This document shows positions 55,337-64,000 of a stretch of DNA of 64,000 nt, piece after piece. This stretch comes from an uncultured Chloroflexia bacterium (GTDB lineage Bacteria > Chloroflexota > Chloroflexia > QHBQ01 > JADMIH01): contig CAWCNY010000005.1 in assembly GCA_963797095.1 (NCBI GenBank), forward strand, positions 512,001-576,000. Reading direction: 5' to 3'. The position numbers and the translations under genes are program-made. The notes beneath the pieces are model-generated. The model did not search any database. It saw only the letters and a list, made by a program, of their open reading frames with translations, and was not told the origin of the DNA. Numbering within the stretch: the first letter of the stretch is position 1; each line of letters opens with the position of its first letter.

Positions 55337-56509
55337 TTAGGCCGCCAGCAGGTCTACCTCAATCCCACCTACAGGCTTCACCACAAAAGGCTCAGCCTTC
55401 AGCGAGGTATCTTCTGAATAGCGACGCACCACGTTTCGATTGAAGTCGCGCAGGGCGTCCGTCTTGACCAGGTTGACCGTGCAGCCCCCGAAGCCCGCGC
55501 CCGTAAGCCTGGCCCCAAGCACGCCTGGCGTCTCGCGGGCCAGGTCCACCAGGCGATCCATGAACGGATTGCTGACCTCGAAATCCTGGCGCAAGCTCTC
55601 ATGCGACTCGTTCATCAGCCTGCCTACTTCTTCGAAATCGCTGCTTTGCAAAGAAGCCACCGTCTTCAGCACGCGCTCGTTCTCCGTGATGACGTGCCGG
55701 GCGCGTTTATATAGCGTCGGGTAGAGCTTGCTACCGTGCCTCTGCAACATCGCGCTGTCCACATCTCGGAGCGATTGCAATTCGAGGTTGTAGGTAATCA
55801 CTCTCAATGCACCCAGCGCGGCCTCACATTCGCGCCGCCTGCGCGTATAGGCTGAATCGGCCTGGTCACGGCTCATACCGCTGTTCACCACTACCAGCGA
55901 CAGCCCTTGAGCGTCCAGGTTGAGAGGCACAGGCGTGGTGGTCAGCGAGCGGCAATCGATCAGCAGCGCCGATCTCGGCTCCGCCTGCGTGATCACAATC
56001 GGGTCCATAATCCCTACCGGCACACCTAGAAAGTCGTTCTCTATCTTATGGGCCGCACGCGCCAGTTCGGGTCTCGGAATTTCCCACCCGGCCAGCGAAG
56101 TCATAGTGCCGAGCATGCCAAGCAACAGCGAGGCCGAAGAAGAAAGCCCCACGCCCACCGGCAGATCGCCCCAGATCAGGATGTCCGCACCGGTCGGGTG
56201 ATAGTCATGCTCTTCCATCCACCAGGCCACGCCGCGCATGTAGTTCGCCCAGTGCTGGGTTTCCCCAACCAGGCCGGACGAGCTATCGAGGTCAATCTCC
56301 ACGCCCTGGCCCATCGTCTCCGAATAGATGTTGAGCTTGCGGTCGGTACGCGAAGATGCGGCCAGCTTGGTATAGCGGTCAATTGCCGCAGGCAACACAT
56401 AGCCCAGGTTGTAATCGGTGTGCTCACCGATGAGGTTGACACGCCCCGGTGATCTTACCAGGACACTCGGCTCTTTGCCAAAACGCTCAGAGAAGGACAG
56501 CTCCTTCAT
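55337..56509 (-). CDS. galK: Galactokinase
   Basis: PGRVNLIGEHTDYN, P.GVGLSSSAS, GIMD, LIDCRSL, RARHVITENERV, GARLTGAGFGG. Confidence 0.93.
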   Translation of the reverse strand: MKELSFSERFGKEPSVLVRSPGRVNLIGEHTDYNLGYVLPAAIDRYTKLAASSRTDRKLNIYSETMGQGVEIDLDSSSGLVGETQHWANYMRGVAWWMEEHDYHPTGADILIWGDLPVGVGLSSSASLLLGMLGTMTSLAGWEIPRPELARAAHKIENDFLGVPVGIMDPIVITQAEPRSALLIDCRSLTTTPVPLNLDAQGLSLVVVNSGMSRDQADSAYTRRRRECEAALGALRVITYNLELQSLRDVDSAMLQRHGSKLYPTLYKRARHVITENERVLKTVASLQSSDFEEVGRLMNESHESLRQDFEVSNPFMDRLVDLARETPGVLGARLTGAGFGGCTVNLVKTDALRDFNRNVVRRYSEDTSLKAEPFVVKPVGGIEVDLLAA

Positions 56510-56539
56510 AGGAGGACTCCAATACAGTTATTTTGTGCA

Positions 56540-57604
56540 CTATTCTTCATATCCAAGTGGGTGCCGCTGATGCCAGTCCCAGGCAGTCTTTATTATATCT
56601 GCAAGGTGCGGGTAGCGTGGCTTCCACCCCATTTTGGCTACTATTCCCTCCGAAGACGCGACCAGCACAGGCGGATCGCCGGGTCTTCTGGGCCCCACTT
56701 GCGCCGGGATGGGGTGCCCCGTCACGTGGCGCGCTTCCTCGATCACTTGCTTCACAGAGAAGCCTTCTCCGTTCCCCAGGTTGAACACTCCGCTTTCCCC
56801 ACCATCCATAAGCCAGTCGAGCGCCAGCAGGTGCGCCTGGGCCAGGTCCACCACGTGAATATAGTCGCGTATAGCCGTTCCGTCTGGCGTCGGATAATCA
56901 TCCCCGTACATCTGAACATAAGGACGTTGTCCTAGCGCCACCTGGAGCACTATCGGAATCAGATGCGTCTCAGGATCGTGCACCTCACCGAATTTGTCGG
57001 AAGCTCCAGCCGCGTTGAAGTACCTCAGCGAAACATACCGAATCCCCGTTAGCTCGTCAAACCATCTGAGCATGCGCTCAAACATCAGCTTCGACTCGCC
57101 ATAGGGGTTGATCGGCTCCTGCGGGTCAGAATCGTGGATGGTATTCCCTTCAGGCACTCCAAACGTTGCTGCCGACGACGAGAAGACGATCTTATCCGCT
57201 CCCGTCCGCTGCATGGCTTCCACCAGTTTGAGGCTGGCTGCCACGTTGTTGTCGAAGTACTTGCCGGGGTTCTCCATCGACTCGCCAACCAGGGAGTGCG
57301 CCGCGAAGTGCATCACAGCGCGCACTCCGTGTTCCTGCATGGTCTTCTCCAGCAATGCCTCGTCAGCTATGTCCCCCTCCACAAAGGCCGCCCTCGGATC
57401 TACCGCCCCCTGGTGCCCTTTGATCAGGTTATCATAGACAACAACTTTGTGCCCGGCATCACACAACTGCTCGACAGCTATGCTGCCGATGTAGCCCGCG
57501 CCGCCCGTCACAAGCACGCTGGTCTTTCCCCCACCACTTCCGCGACTATCTTGCATATTATGTTGTTCAGGCTGGCCATCGTGCGCCAGGTCTATGTTTC
57601 CCAT
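56540..57604 (-). CDS. galE: UDP-glucose 4-epimerase
   Basis: VTGGAGYIGS, HFAA.S.VGES, FSSSAA, PYGESK, LRYFNAAGA, PETHLIP, DGT.IRDYIHV.DLA. Confidence 0.95.
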   Translation of the reverse strand: MGNIDLAHDGQPEQHNMQDSRGSGGGKTSVLVTGGAGYIGSIAVEQLCDAGHKVVVYDNLIKGHQGAVDPRAAFVEGDIADEALLEKTMQEHGVRAVMHFAAHSLVGESMENPGKYFDNNVAASLKLVEAMQRTGADKIVFSSSAATFGVPEGNTIHDSDPQEPINPYGESKLMFERMLRWFDELTGIRYVSLRYFNAAGASDKFGEVHDPETHLIPIVLQVALGQRPYVQMYGDDYPTPDGTAIRDYIHVVDLAQAHLLALDWLMDGGESGVFNLGNGEGFSVKQVIEEARHVTGHPIPAQVGPRRPGDPPVLVASSEGIVAKMGWKPRYPHLADIIKTAWDWHQRHPLGYEE

Positions 57605-57934
57605 TATAGCATTCCTCCGAATGTGTAATATCGTACCAAAGGGCTAGAACCGGGGTGAATGGTGGAGGTATTTTTCGGCTAATACTCCTACGGGACCCCC
57701 ATATGAGAACAAGGTACTGTCACCTCTATCACCCATTGGTACGGGTCTGCCCACCCGGTTGCACGGCGCTAGTAAATTGTCTTAGATTGTACTATTTAGC
57801 TTACTCATTTCCCGCGTTATCATCAACCTATCGAATCTGTAGGTGTGCTGGCACATAGTTTGCAATACTTTCAAAACAAATAGATTAGCGCTGTCAATAG
57901 ATCAAATATATAGGATCATAGGAGGCTTACTAAA

Positions 57935-58621
57935 ATGAAAGATTTCGCACTCTTGGTTCTACGGCTAGCCTTTGGTGGCCTGTTGGCCGGCCACGGAGCG
58001 CAGAAGCTCTTTGGCTGGTTCGGTGGTCATGGCCTCAAAGGCTTTACCGGAACGGTCGAATCGATGGGCATGAAGCCCCCTGAAGTGTGGGCCATCGCAG
58101 GTGCCGCATCGGAGTTCGGTGGCGGGGCGCTTACACTTCTTGGCGCTCTCAACCCCATTGGCCCCCTGAGCACAATAGGGGCTATGGAGATGGCAACAGC
58201 CAAAGTACACTGGGGGAAACCGATCTGGGTAACCAGCGGCGGGGCCGAATTGCCCCTGACCAATATGGCAATCGCATTGGCGGTGGCTCTCGCAGGCCCA
58301 GGTAAGTTCTCCGTGGACAGTGCGCTCGGTATCAAGCTGCCCCGCCGCCTGATCCTCATACCCGGTCTTGCATTAGCCGGTGCGGGCGTGGCCTACGGGG
58401 TAATATCAAGCAACAAGAATCGATCTCAAGCAAAAGAGCAGCCACAGCAAGTGCAGCAAGCCCAACCGCAGGAAGAGACCATCAAACCCGTGCCCGTCCC
58501 TCAAACGCCAGCCCAACCTGACGGATCGCACGCCCCGCACGAAGTCCTGAACGAAGTAGGTGTCGAGCACCTCACCGACCAGAGAATAGAAGCCGGTGAG
58601 AGCCAGCACAACCCAGGTTAG
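57935..58621 (+). CDS. DoxX family membrane protein
   Basis: LRL.FG....HGAQKLFGWFGG.G, SEFGGG, GG.E, GPGKFSVD; AGGAGG RBS. Confidence 0.9.
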   Translation: MKDFALLVLRLAFGGLLAGHGAQKLFGWFGGHGLKGFTGTVESMGMKPPEVWAIAGAASEFGGGALTLLGALNPIGPLSTIGAMEMATAKVHWGKPIWVTSGGAELPLTNMAIALAVALAGPGKFSVDSALGIKLPRRLILIPGLALAGAGVAYGVISSNKNRSQAKEQPQQVQQAQPQEETIKPVPVPQTPAQPDGSHAPHEVLNEVGVEHLTDQRIEAGESQHNPG

Positions 58622-58639
58622 GTCCGCAACTTCGCCCCC

Positions 58640-58668
58640 TTTAGTTGTGCTATAATGGCACAACTAAA
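58640..58668 (+). promoter_or_regulatory. Extended -10 box centred in an 11-bp inverted repeat upstream of glyA
   Basis: tttagttgtgc-TATAATg-gcacaactaaa. Confidence 0.6.
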
Positions 58669-58763
58669 AGGCATGCCTGAAATCCGCAGTTGATCGCACA
58701 CGCCAATGCTTTACCTCTGCGAATCCCGCAGCCCGACCTCCTGATCCCACAAAGGAGTCCAAT

Positions 58764-60041
58764 ATGCACACCACTCTCCCCCTTACAGGCCGCAATACGG
58801 ACCTGCCCTTGCATGATGTTGACCCCGAAATCTGGCAGGCCATCGAGGACGAAAAACGCCGCCAACGCGAAAAGATCGAGCTTATCGCCTCCGAGAACTA
58901 CGTCAGCCGGGCCGTGCTCGAAGCGCAGGGTTCCGTACTCACCAACAAGTACGCCGAAGGCTATCCCGGCAAGCGCTACTATGGCGGCTGCGAATACGTG
59001 GACGTGGCCGAGAACCTTGCTATAGACCGCGCCAAGCAGCTTTTCGGAGCCGACCATGTCAACGTGCAGCCGCACTCAGGCGCGCAGGCTAATATGGCCG
59101 TCTATATGGCCGCCCTCAACCCCGGTGATCACCTGCTAGGAATGGGCCTTGCCTTCGGGGGCCACCTCACGCATGGCTACAGCATTAACTTCTCAGGCAA
59201 GCTTTACACCGCAAGCGCCTACGGCGTGGACAAGGAAACCGAGCGCATAAACTACGACGTGCTCCAGGCCCAGGTAGAGGAGGAAAGACCCAAGATACTG
59301 GTGGTCGGCGCGAGCGCCTACTCACGCGTCTTCGACTTCGAGCGGTGCAGACACATAGCCGATTCGGTGGGCGCGCTGCTGATGGTCGACATAGCCCACA
59401 TCGCAGGGCTGGTGGCCGCCGGTATCCACCCCTCCCCCATCCCCTATGCCGACTTCGTCACCACCACCACCCACAAGACGTTGCGCGGCCCAAGGGGTGG
59501 TATGATCCTCTGCCGGGCGCAGTATGCCAAGGACATAGACAAATCAGTCTTCCCTGGCATCCAGGGCGGTCCTCTCATGCATGTAATCGCCGCCAAGGCG
59601 GTCGCCTTCCATGAAGCTCTGCAACCCGCCTTCAAGGAATACCAGGCCCAGATCGTCAAGAACGCCCAACGCCTGGCAGCGGGGCTTGAGTTGGCGGGCC
59701 TGCGCCTCGTATCCGGCGGCACAGACAACCACCTGATGCTGGTCGATGTATCGCCGCTCGGCCTCACAGGCAAGCAAGCCGAACACGCTCTTGACGAAGT
59801 GGGCATCACAGTCAACAAGAACGCGATACCGTACGACCCGCAACCGCCCGCCAAAGCCAGTGGTATTCGAGTGGGCACTCCCGCCGTTACAACTCGGGGC
59901 TTCCGCGAACCCGAAATGGATACAATAGCCAGCCTCATCGGCGATGTCCTGCGCGCCCCCGAAGATGTAGAGATAATGGAGCGTGTCAGGGGAGAAGTGG
60001 CCAGTCTGTGCGCGCGGTTCCCCGTTCCCGGAATAGATTAA
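58764..60041 (+). CDS. glyA: Serine hydroxymethyltransferase
   Basis: [59 protein letters not shown]. Confidence 0.98.
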   Translation: MHTTLPLTGRNTDLPLHDVDPEIWQAIEDEKRRQREKIELIASENYVSRAVLEAQGSVLTNKYAEGYPGKRYYGGCEYVDVAENLAIDRAKQLFGADHVNVQPHSGAQANMAVYMAALNPGDHLLGMGLAFGGHLTHGYSINFSGKLYTASAYGVDKETERINYDVLQAQVEEERPKILVVGASAYSRVFDFERCRHIADSVGALLMVDIAHIAGLVAAGIHPSPIPYADFVTTTTHKTLRGPRGGMILCRAQYAKDIDKSVFPGIQGGPLMHVIAAKAVAFHEALQPAFKEYQAQIVKNAQRLAAGLELAGLRLVSGGTDNHLMLVDVSPLGLTGKQAEHALDEVGITVNKNAIPYDPQPPAKASGIRVGTPAVTTRGFREPEMDTIASLIGDVLRAPEDVEIMERVRGEVASLCARFPVPGID

Positions 60042-60042
60042 A

Positions 60043-60669
60043 ATGGAGAACCTTTTCGTATCTGACCACCCACTCATAAAGCATAAGCTTGCTCTCATGC
60101 GGTCGGTAAGTACCGAGCCCAAGAAGTTTCGCGAGGTAGTGCGCGAGATCACGGGCCTACTCCTCTACGAAGCCACCCAGGACCTTTCCACGCAGTTCGT
60201 GGAGGTGCAAACCCCCCTGGCGGTCATGGAGGGGCGAAAACTCGCCGAGAGAATCGGCTTCGTCCCCATCCTTCGTGCCGGTGTGGGCATGGTGGACGCC
60301 GCTCTCGACCTCATACCCACTGCCCAGGTGTGGCATATCGGTCTCTACCGGGACCACCGCACCCTCCTCCCCATCGAGTACTACAACAAACTGCCCGACC
60401 ACGTAACTGTCGATATCTGTTTCGTGCTCGACCCTATGCTCGCCACGGCAGGCTCGGCCACCGCCACCGTCAAAATCCTCAAGGACTGGGGTTGCCCACG
60501 CATCAAGTACGTGGGACTGATCGCCGCCCCCGAAGGCATAGAGCGCTTCCACGGTGAGCACCCCGATGTCCCCATCCACGTCGCCGCCGTAGACAGCCAT
60601 CTCAACGACAAAGGCTACATAGTCCCAGGCCTCGGCGACGCCGGCGACCGCCAGTTCGGCACATCTTGA
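60043..60669 (+). CDS. upp: Uracil phosphoribosyltransferase
   Basis: [36 protein letters not shown]. Confidence 0.97.
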   Translation: MENLFVSDHPLIKHKLALMRSVSTEPKKFREVVREITGLLLYEATQDLSTQFVEVQTPLAVMEGRKLAERIGFVPILRAGVGMVDAALDLIPTAQVWHIGLYRDHRTLLPIEYYNKLPDHVTVDICFVLDPMLATAGSATATVKILKDWGCPRIKYVGLIAAPEGIERFHGEHPDVPIHVAAVDSHLNDKGYIVPGLGDAGDRQFGTS

Positions 60670-60735
60670 AGTGTAGAGTGTGGAATATAGGAACTGAGGC
60701 CGCTCCGCACTCTACGCTTCGAACCCCGCACTTTT

Positions 60736-61935
60736 ATGGATTTCCTCCTCATGCCCCTGATTTTCGCTGCCACGCTGGCGGTGTCGCTCGCGCTGACGCC
60801 GCTGGTCAGGCGGTGGGCGATAGCCCGCGAATGGGTTGACGAGCCAGGGGAAGCAAGGCGCGTCCATCGCATACCCGTGCCGCGCCTCGGCGGGCTTGCT
60901 ATGTATGCGGCCTTCCTGGTGGGTGTGCTGCTAACATTCGTTTTTCCATCTATCCGAGCCGGAAAGACCGGCAACGAGCTTTTCGAGACGAGCCGCGTGC
61001 TGCTCCTGCTACTGGGCGCGGGCGTCATCACCGCAGTGATGGCGGTGGACGATGTGCGCAAGTTGAAGCCGCTGCCACGGCTGCTGTGGCAAATCGCCGT
61101 GGCTCTGCTGGTCGTCCTTCCCAGCGTATTCTTTCCGGGTGGCGCGAACCCGGCCACACCTACCAATCCCATCGCCGACCCGCCCGGCACGATCCATTAC
61201 GACCAGGGCGCGGGCGTGCTCGCCACAACCATACGCAATCCCTTCGTATCCGATGACAGCCCATTTGCCACCATAGAGTTCCCGCTACTGATCGCGGTGG
61301 CACTCACCATCTTCTGGCTTGTGGGCACCACCAACGCGATCAATTGGATCGACGGCCTCGATGGCCTCGCCGCCAGCGTATCTGCCGTGGCCGCCGCTGC
61401 CATGTTCATAGTCACAGGTCCCGTCCTCAACCAGTGGTCACTCGCCTACCTGCCACTAATCCTCCTGGCGGCGGTAGTCGGCTTCCTTCCGTACAATATT
61501 CACCCCGCCCGCATCTTCATGGGCGATTCTGGTGCGATGTTCCTCGGCTTCACCCTGGCCGTACTCTCAGTGATCGGCGGCGCAAAGGTGGCTGCTGCCC
61601 TGCTGGTGCTGGGCATCCCGCTCCTCGATGGGGCCTACATGATCGTCTACAGGCTCTATCGTGGACGCTCCCCTCTCTCCTCCGACCGGGGCCATCTCCA
61701 CCACCGCCTCTTCGATATAGGGTTTAGCCAGGGGCAGGTGGTGATTATTTACCTGGTACTGTGCGGTGCGTTCGGGATCGTGGGAGTGCTCCCGATTCCG
61801 CGCATCGTCAAGCTTGGTGGCCTGGTGCTTATGGTGCTCGTGCTGATCGGGATCTTCATCTACATAGCCCGCAGGCAATTCGACGAAGGCCGCAAAACCG
61901 CCGACCATAAGCGCGAAGTGCTCAGCAAGCAGTAG
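60736..61935 (+). CDS. Undecaprenyl-phosphate alpha-GlcNAc-1-phosphate transferase (WecA/TagO, glycosyltransferase family 4)
   Basis: RRVH..PVPRLGG, DD, NAINWIDGLDGLA, PARIFMGDSG, DRGHLHHRL. Confidence 0.92.
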   Translation: MDFLLMPLIFAATLAVSLALTPLVRRWAIAREWVDEPGEARRVHRIPVPRLGGLAMYAAFLVGVLLTFVFPSIRAGKTGNELFETSRVLLLLLGAGVITAVMAVDDVRKLKPLPRLLWQIAVALLVVLPSVFFPGGANPATPTNPIADPPGTIHYDQGAGVLATTIRNPFVSDDSPFATIEFPLLIAVALTIFWLVGTTNAINWIDGLDGLAASVSAVAAAAMFIVTGPVLNQWSLAYLPLILLAAVVGFLPYNIHPARIFMGDSGAMFLGFTLAVLSVIGGAKVAAALLVLGIPLLDGAYMIVYRLYRGRSPLSSDRGHLHHRLFDIGFSQGQVVIIYLVLCGAFGIVGVLPIPRIVKLGGLVLMVLVLIGIFIYIARRQFDEGRKTADHKREVLSKQ

Positions 61936-61944
61936 GCAGTAGTC

Positions 61945-62688
61945 GTGCACCGATTCTTCGTGCCCCCGCACACCCTTGCGACCACCCGGGTGCAGATCAG
62001 AGACGAGGTCGCCCACCAGATTATCCGCGTCCTACGAATGCAGGCAGGCGACGCAATCTGCCTGCTCGATGGTCAGGGCTACGAATATCGGGCGAAGATC
62101 CTCTCGCTGGGCAAAGACGAGGTCATATGCCAAATGGAGGAGCGCACCCTTTGCCTCAGCGAGCCGCACCACAAGGTAACTCTCTACCTGTCACTGCTCA
62201 ATAAAGCCGACAAGTTCGAATGGGCGTTGCAAAAGTGCACCGAGATCGGTGCTGCCGCCTTCGTACCTGTACGCGCTGCCCGCAGCATCGCGGACGTGCC
62301 GGCGAGCGCCAAGCTGGAACGCTGGAGGCGCATAATTCAGGAAGCAGCCGAGCAGAGCGGGCGTAGTATTGTCCCGGCGCTGGAAAAGCCACTCACCTTT
62401 GAGGAGGTCCTCGCTTCGCAGGCCGGGCAATTGGCTACAATACCTGCGCTGGGCTTTACAATAACCCTTAAGAACGCTCTAAGAAATACAGCGCGAGAAC
62501 AACAAAGTGGCATCAGCATCTTCATCGGGCCTGAAGGCGGCTTCACGCCAGGCGAGGTTGACGAAGCGAAAGCGGCAGGCATAGTGCCAGTGACGCTGGG
62601 GCCGCGCACCCTTCGTGCCGAAACTGCCGCCGTTGCTGCGCTGACCATGACGCTCTATGAGCTTGGCGATATGGGTATCAAGGGATAA
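61945..62688 (+). CDS. rsmE: 16S rRNA m3U1498 methyltransferase
   Basis: HRFF, H...VLR, QKCTEIG, EAAEQSGR, IGPEGGF, LGPRTLRAETA. Confidence 0.95.
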   Translation: MHRFFVPPHTLATTRVQIRDEVAHQIIRVLRMQAGDAICLLDGQGYEYRAKILSLGKDEVICQMEERTLCLSEPHHKVTLYLSLLNKADKFEWALQKCTEIGAAAFVPVRAARSIADVPASAKLERWRRIIQEAAEQSGRSIVPALEKPLTFEEVLASQAGQLATIPALGFTITLKNALRNTAREQQSGISIFIGPEGGFTPGEVDEAKAAGIVPVTLGPRTLRAETAAVAALTMTLYELGDMGIKG

Positions 62689-62700
62689 CAGGAGAGCGCA

Positions 62701-63333
62701 ATGCAACCACTAACTCTGGAACTGGCAGACAGCCTGGCCCACGACTTCTTTAGCGACCATGCACATGTATCGAGCGTCTCTCGCGATTACAGTGTACAGG
62801 AGATGCTGGCCTTCCTGAGAGCCAATATTGAGGCGATGCAGGCTGAGGTAGAGGGGATGACTCCCGAACAACTCGCCTATAAGCTTCCCGGCGCTCCCGA
62901 TGGCCCCGATGCGAGCGGCGATGAGGCCCACTTCGACACCGCCGAGATCGTTACGCACATGGCGACGGGCACCGCCTTCCACTGGTGGAACATCACGCGC
63001 GCCCTGCGGCACGAGCGCCCTCCCATGCCGAAACCACCCGAAGGCACACCCGCCACGGGCAAGCGCAGGGACAGCATGGGCGCGGGGGGCTGGCGCGGAC
63101 TGTCAGGCCCTGAGCTTTCCGCTCTGCTGGGCAGCACGGCGGAAGCTTTCGTGGCCTATATCGAAAGACTATCGCCTGAAGAGATGGAAGGCGGCACGTC
63201 CAGTTTTGGGCTGTTCCGCGATATGTCGCCTCACGATTGGCTGTTCCTGGTGGCAATACACTCCGGTATGCATCTGAACCAGATCAGGGAGATGAAGGCG
63301 CAGTCTGATTATCCGGCAAGCGTGAGCCACTAG
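62701..63333 (+). CDS. DinB/YfiT-like four-helix protein
   Basis: AEIVTHM ... HSGMHLNQI histidine pattern; AGGAG RBS. Confidence 0.75.
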   Translation: MQPLTLELADSLAHDFFSDHAHVSSVSRDYSVQEMLAFLRANIEAMQAEVEGMTPEQLAYKLPGAPDGPDASGDEAHFDTAEIVTHMATGTAFHWWNITRALRHERPPMPKPPEGTPATGKRRDSMGAGGWRGLSGPELSALLGSTAEAFVAYIERLSPEEMEGGTSSFGLFRDMSPHDWLFLVAIHSGMHLNQIREMKAQSDYPASVSH

Positions 63334-63470
63334 ACTCGGGTCCGCAAGCGCACAATCTGATTCTAAAAAGGAATAAATGAGGAGGGGTTGGGGTCTTGGG
63401 ACGTCCTGACGCTGTTTTACTCACGATTCCAATATTCGGGATTACTCACGTTTGCAGAGTTACCGACTCC

Positions 63471-63998
63471 CTAGCGAAAAATAGAGAATAGCTGTGAGAC
63501 CAACTGAAGTAGGAAGGGCAAGCTCATGGCAAGCAGCAAAATCCCGTAGCACACCCGCACCCACTTCGAAGTTCCCGACCAGCGTTGCGAGTCGTAATCG
63601 GAGCGTTCGATCCTCTGGAGGCGGGGCAGCGAAGGCGTGCCATATTCGTACCTGGCTCTCCCTTGCCATTCACTTGTGTCTAGAGGATAAAGATCCTGAT
63701 CGGTGGGGGCATTCGTGCGGGCTTCCAGCCGATGCCAGCCGCCTTCGTCGCCATGAGCGCGTTGATACTCTTTTTGAGCGCGTACATCCCGCTCCGAGGG
63801 CAACATTGTCCAACCTTCGGGCAGCCTGCTTCCGCCTATGCCCCCGCTCTCAGGTCGAAGGTCGGCGTTCCACAGCCTGCGCAACTGCTCAATGCCGCGC
63901 TCTTTCCTGGCGTCAATGTCTTCGTCAGGCTCGTCCCACACGTCGAAACGATTGCCGTAATCACTCCCCCACGACGGCGGGCCTGGATCGGGGCTGGA
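63471..63998 (-). CDS. Hypothetical protein with C-terminal TM helix, probably 5'-truncated by the window edge
   Basis: The frame stays open upstream of the GTG at 63941 to the window end. Confidence 0.55.
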   Translation of the reverse strand, partial: SSPDPGPPSWGSDYGNRFDVWDEPDEDIDARKERGIEQLRRLWNADLRPESGGIGGSRLPEGWTMLPSERDVRAQKEYQRAHGDEGGWHRLEARTNAPTDQDLYPLDTSEWQGRARYEYGTPSLPRLQRIERSDYDSQRWSGTSKWVRVCYGILLLAMSLPFLLQLVSQLFSIFR

Positions 63999-64000
63999 AT

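Overview
Chromosomal, mostly housekeeping and catabolic region from a GC-rich bacterium, most likely Chloroflexota. The inference rests on SLH-anchored secreted proteases, an ETGH/YFERARFE-type N-terminal domain on the peptide-binding protein, and a YitJ-type methionine enzyme under an S-box. About 50 CDSs: peptide and amino-acid scavenging (M20, M14, S8 and S53 peptidases, D-amino-acid oxidase, asparaginase, glnA, a physically split Opp/Dpp system), plus queA, coaE, der, galK, galE, glyA, upp, rsmE and nfi. Two IS elements have resolvable ends and target duplications (ISAzo13-like, intact; ISKra4/ISLre2-like, frameshifted by a 20-bp tandem array). There is one DUF2254 pseudogene and a SAM-I riboswitch. 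No tRNA, rRNA, CRISPR array or prophage was seen. The main signals the ORF track misses are five. (1) A membrane-anchored rhodanese reads through an in-frame UGA at a C-Q-U-P motif followed by a SECIS-like hairpin (probable selenoprotein). (2) 7-nt-periodic repeats mark many gene boundaries, and one inverted-arm family sits in frame inside proteins. (3) A ~125-bp 3' element occurs twice with concerted changes in both palindrome arms. (4) A ~380-nt structured leader precedes the oppA-like gene. (5) The first ~10 kb shows an extreme strand-fixed C skew. All calls come from motif reading by eye; no database searches or folding were run.
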